This document shows, one piece after another, positions 62,373 through 64,000 of a DNA stretch of 64,000 nt. Made by a program: the position numbers and the translations under genes. The stretch is from the NCBI GenBank assembly GCA_001179505.1, contig CDMY01000302.1, forward strand, positions 1 through 64,000, written 5' to 3'. The notes below the pieces were generated by a model. That model was not told where the DNA came from. It saw only the letters and a list, made by a program, of their open reading frames with translations, and made no database searches. The stretch is from Vitrella brassicaformis CCMP3155. Taxonomy: Eukaryota; Protista; Chromerida. How positions within the stretch are numbered: position 1 is the stretch's first letter; each line of letters opens with the position of its first letter.

Positions 62373-64000
62373 TACTAAGACATTCACACACACCTGCACA
62401 CATGCATGTACGGCGGCGTGGTGCATCGTGTGTGGGTGTCTGTCTGTCTGTCTGTCTGTGTGGCTGAGTGGATGGATGAGTGAGGTGACTGACGTGTTTG
62501 TGGGGGTGAGGGAGGAGGGAAGGGTGGTCGAGTGGGCGGGGCGGGCCAGTTTGATACGAATTAGCCGAGTCGCTGCCACATACTCGCCGCCACATACGTA
62601 CACACATACACACACACTTCTACTGCTGCTATACATATGCATCCATTCATGCGTGAGAGCCGAAAGCCACCACACCCTCTTCTCCCTTCATCCCTCCATG
62701 TGTGTATCCATCTGCCCACCGGCCTGGTTGCCTGGCTTCTTGCTTTTTCACTTGCCCTCTCCCTCTCTCTCTAGTTTCATTCCAACGTGTTGGTGTGGTG
62801 TGTATTGCCTGTCTGCCTGTGCGCCTGTCTGCCCGCCTCGAGTGAGCAAAGCGTCTCTCGCAATTAAGCAGGGCGGCTGACCGATGACCGATGACCAATG
62901 GATGGATGGATGAGCGACTGAGAGAGACGAGACGGGCAGATAGATGCGGGTGGTGGGGATGATGGCAGTGGAAGTCGGTGCGTTGTCTGGCAGCTAGTCC
63001 AGACGACGACTCTCTTTCTGTGTAGATGGGGAGGGAGGGAACGCACACAGTTCAGTCAGTCATCCTTTTGCCCACACACACATTGCTTTTCGGCCCACAG
63101 GCCCGTGTGCTTCCTTTGCCTTGTTGAGCACATCTCCCACCGCACAGATCGACCATCTTGTGCGGTGGTTGATGTGGGCGGCCGGCAGCAAGGGAACACA
63201 CATATCTGGACGGTGCAGGCCAGTCGGAACAGCGAGGATTGGTATTGTCAAACAGGTGCAACACGGTTGCTCGGCTACTCGTGTCGGTGTGCTTGCCGTC
63301 TGGCTTCGTGATGCTACAACCGAACCCTGCCCGAAGGTGTTCGTTTGGCGCGTCGCGATGGAGGAGGGTGAGCGAGCCACACGGATGAGGCCCACCACCG
63401 TGGGAAGGCTTGGAATGGGAGAGGGTTGTCCACACGCATCACTCACTCACTCACACACAAGCAGCTAGTGCCTTGCCCCGCACATGTTGGTTTTTTCCCC
63501 TAGCTTCGTTCGGCACTGTGCACGTAGATATACTTACAGAGAGGGAGAGAAAGGGAGAGGGGCGGCGTGTTTGATCAATCACTCATCGGTTTTGCGTCTG
63601 TCTGTCATGTATCCTTTTCCCATCCCACCACACCACACCCCACCCGTGTAATGGTGACTTTGCATTGCTGTCTGTTTTCGAGAGGGGGAGAGAGAGTTTA
63701 AGCGCATGTCTGTCTCACCCCTTGGCTTGTCTTGCCGCTGGCCTGCTGCTGTGGGCGGCCCCTCTCGCGCCAGTCTCTCTCTGTGTGTATGCCTGCCCAT
63801 CTGCCTGTCTGCCTGGCTCCCCTCCGTCGTGTGTGTGGCGCGATTTTGTATCTGCTGTCTGCCTGAATGAATGGATGGATGGATGGATGGTCGGTGTGTG
63901 CGTGTGGTGGCGTATGGATGTGACAGACAATTCGTGAAGACCCCTAGATAGATTGATGGATGGATGTCTGCTGCACGTCATGTGAGGTGATTGATGTGTA

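Noticed and set aside
63050-63470. Minus-strand ORFs near the window end
   Set aside because: No recognisable domain or clear splice model; three overlapping frames are equally open.

Overview
This is intron-dense, microsatellite-rich eukaryotic DNA. The style (CA/TG, ATGG and CAGA repeats in short introns, SP+AF bipartite plastid leaders) best fits a chromerid alga such as Vitrella; that is an inference, not a database result. Most supplied six-frame ORFs run through introns or are antisense shadows, so gene models were assembled by eye from GT..AG sites and reading phase. Confident conserved genes are TCF25/RQC1, a bacterial-type SulP/SLC26 transporter, RPN10, a DUSP-USP deubiquitinase and ARF1. 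Between them lie lineage-specific genes: a secreted trefoil-domain protein, a putative pore-forming-hairpin + ricin-B + ~19-ankyrin protein, a 7-finger MYND/FCS protein, a DUF1399/GRDP-like gene, a large coiled-coil gene, two inverted paralog pairs, and a cluster of degenerate genes at about 44-54 kb. The three strongest leads are: (1) a conserved exon-end/intron leader module in front of five genes of three unrelated families; (2) introns built as 5' (CA)n / 3' (TG)n self-complementary hairpins without a polypyrimidine tract; (3) the toxin/lectin/ankyrin gene with one repeat per exon. No rRNA, tRNA, CRISPR array or autonomous transposon was recognised. Gene ends and exon boundaries are manual and may be off by a few codons.
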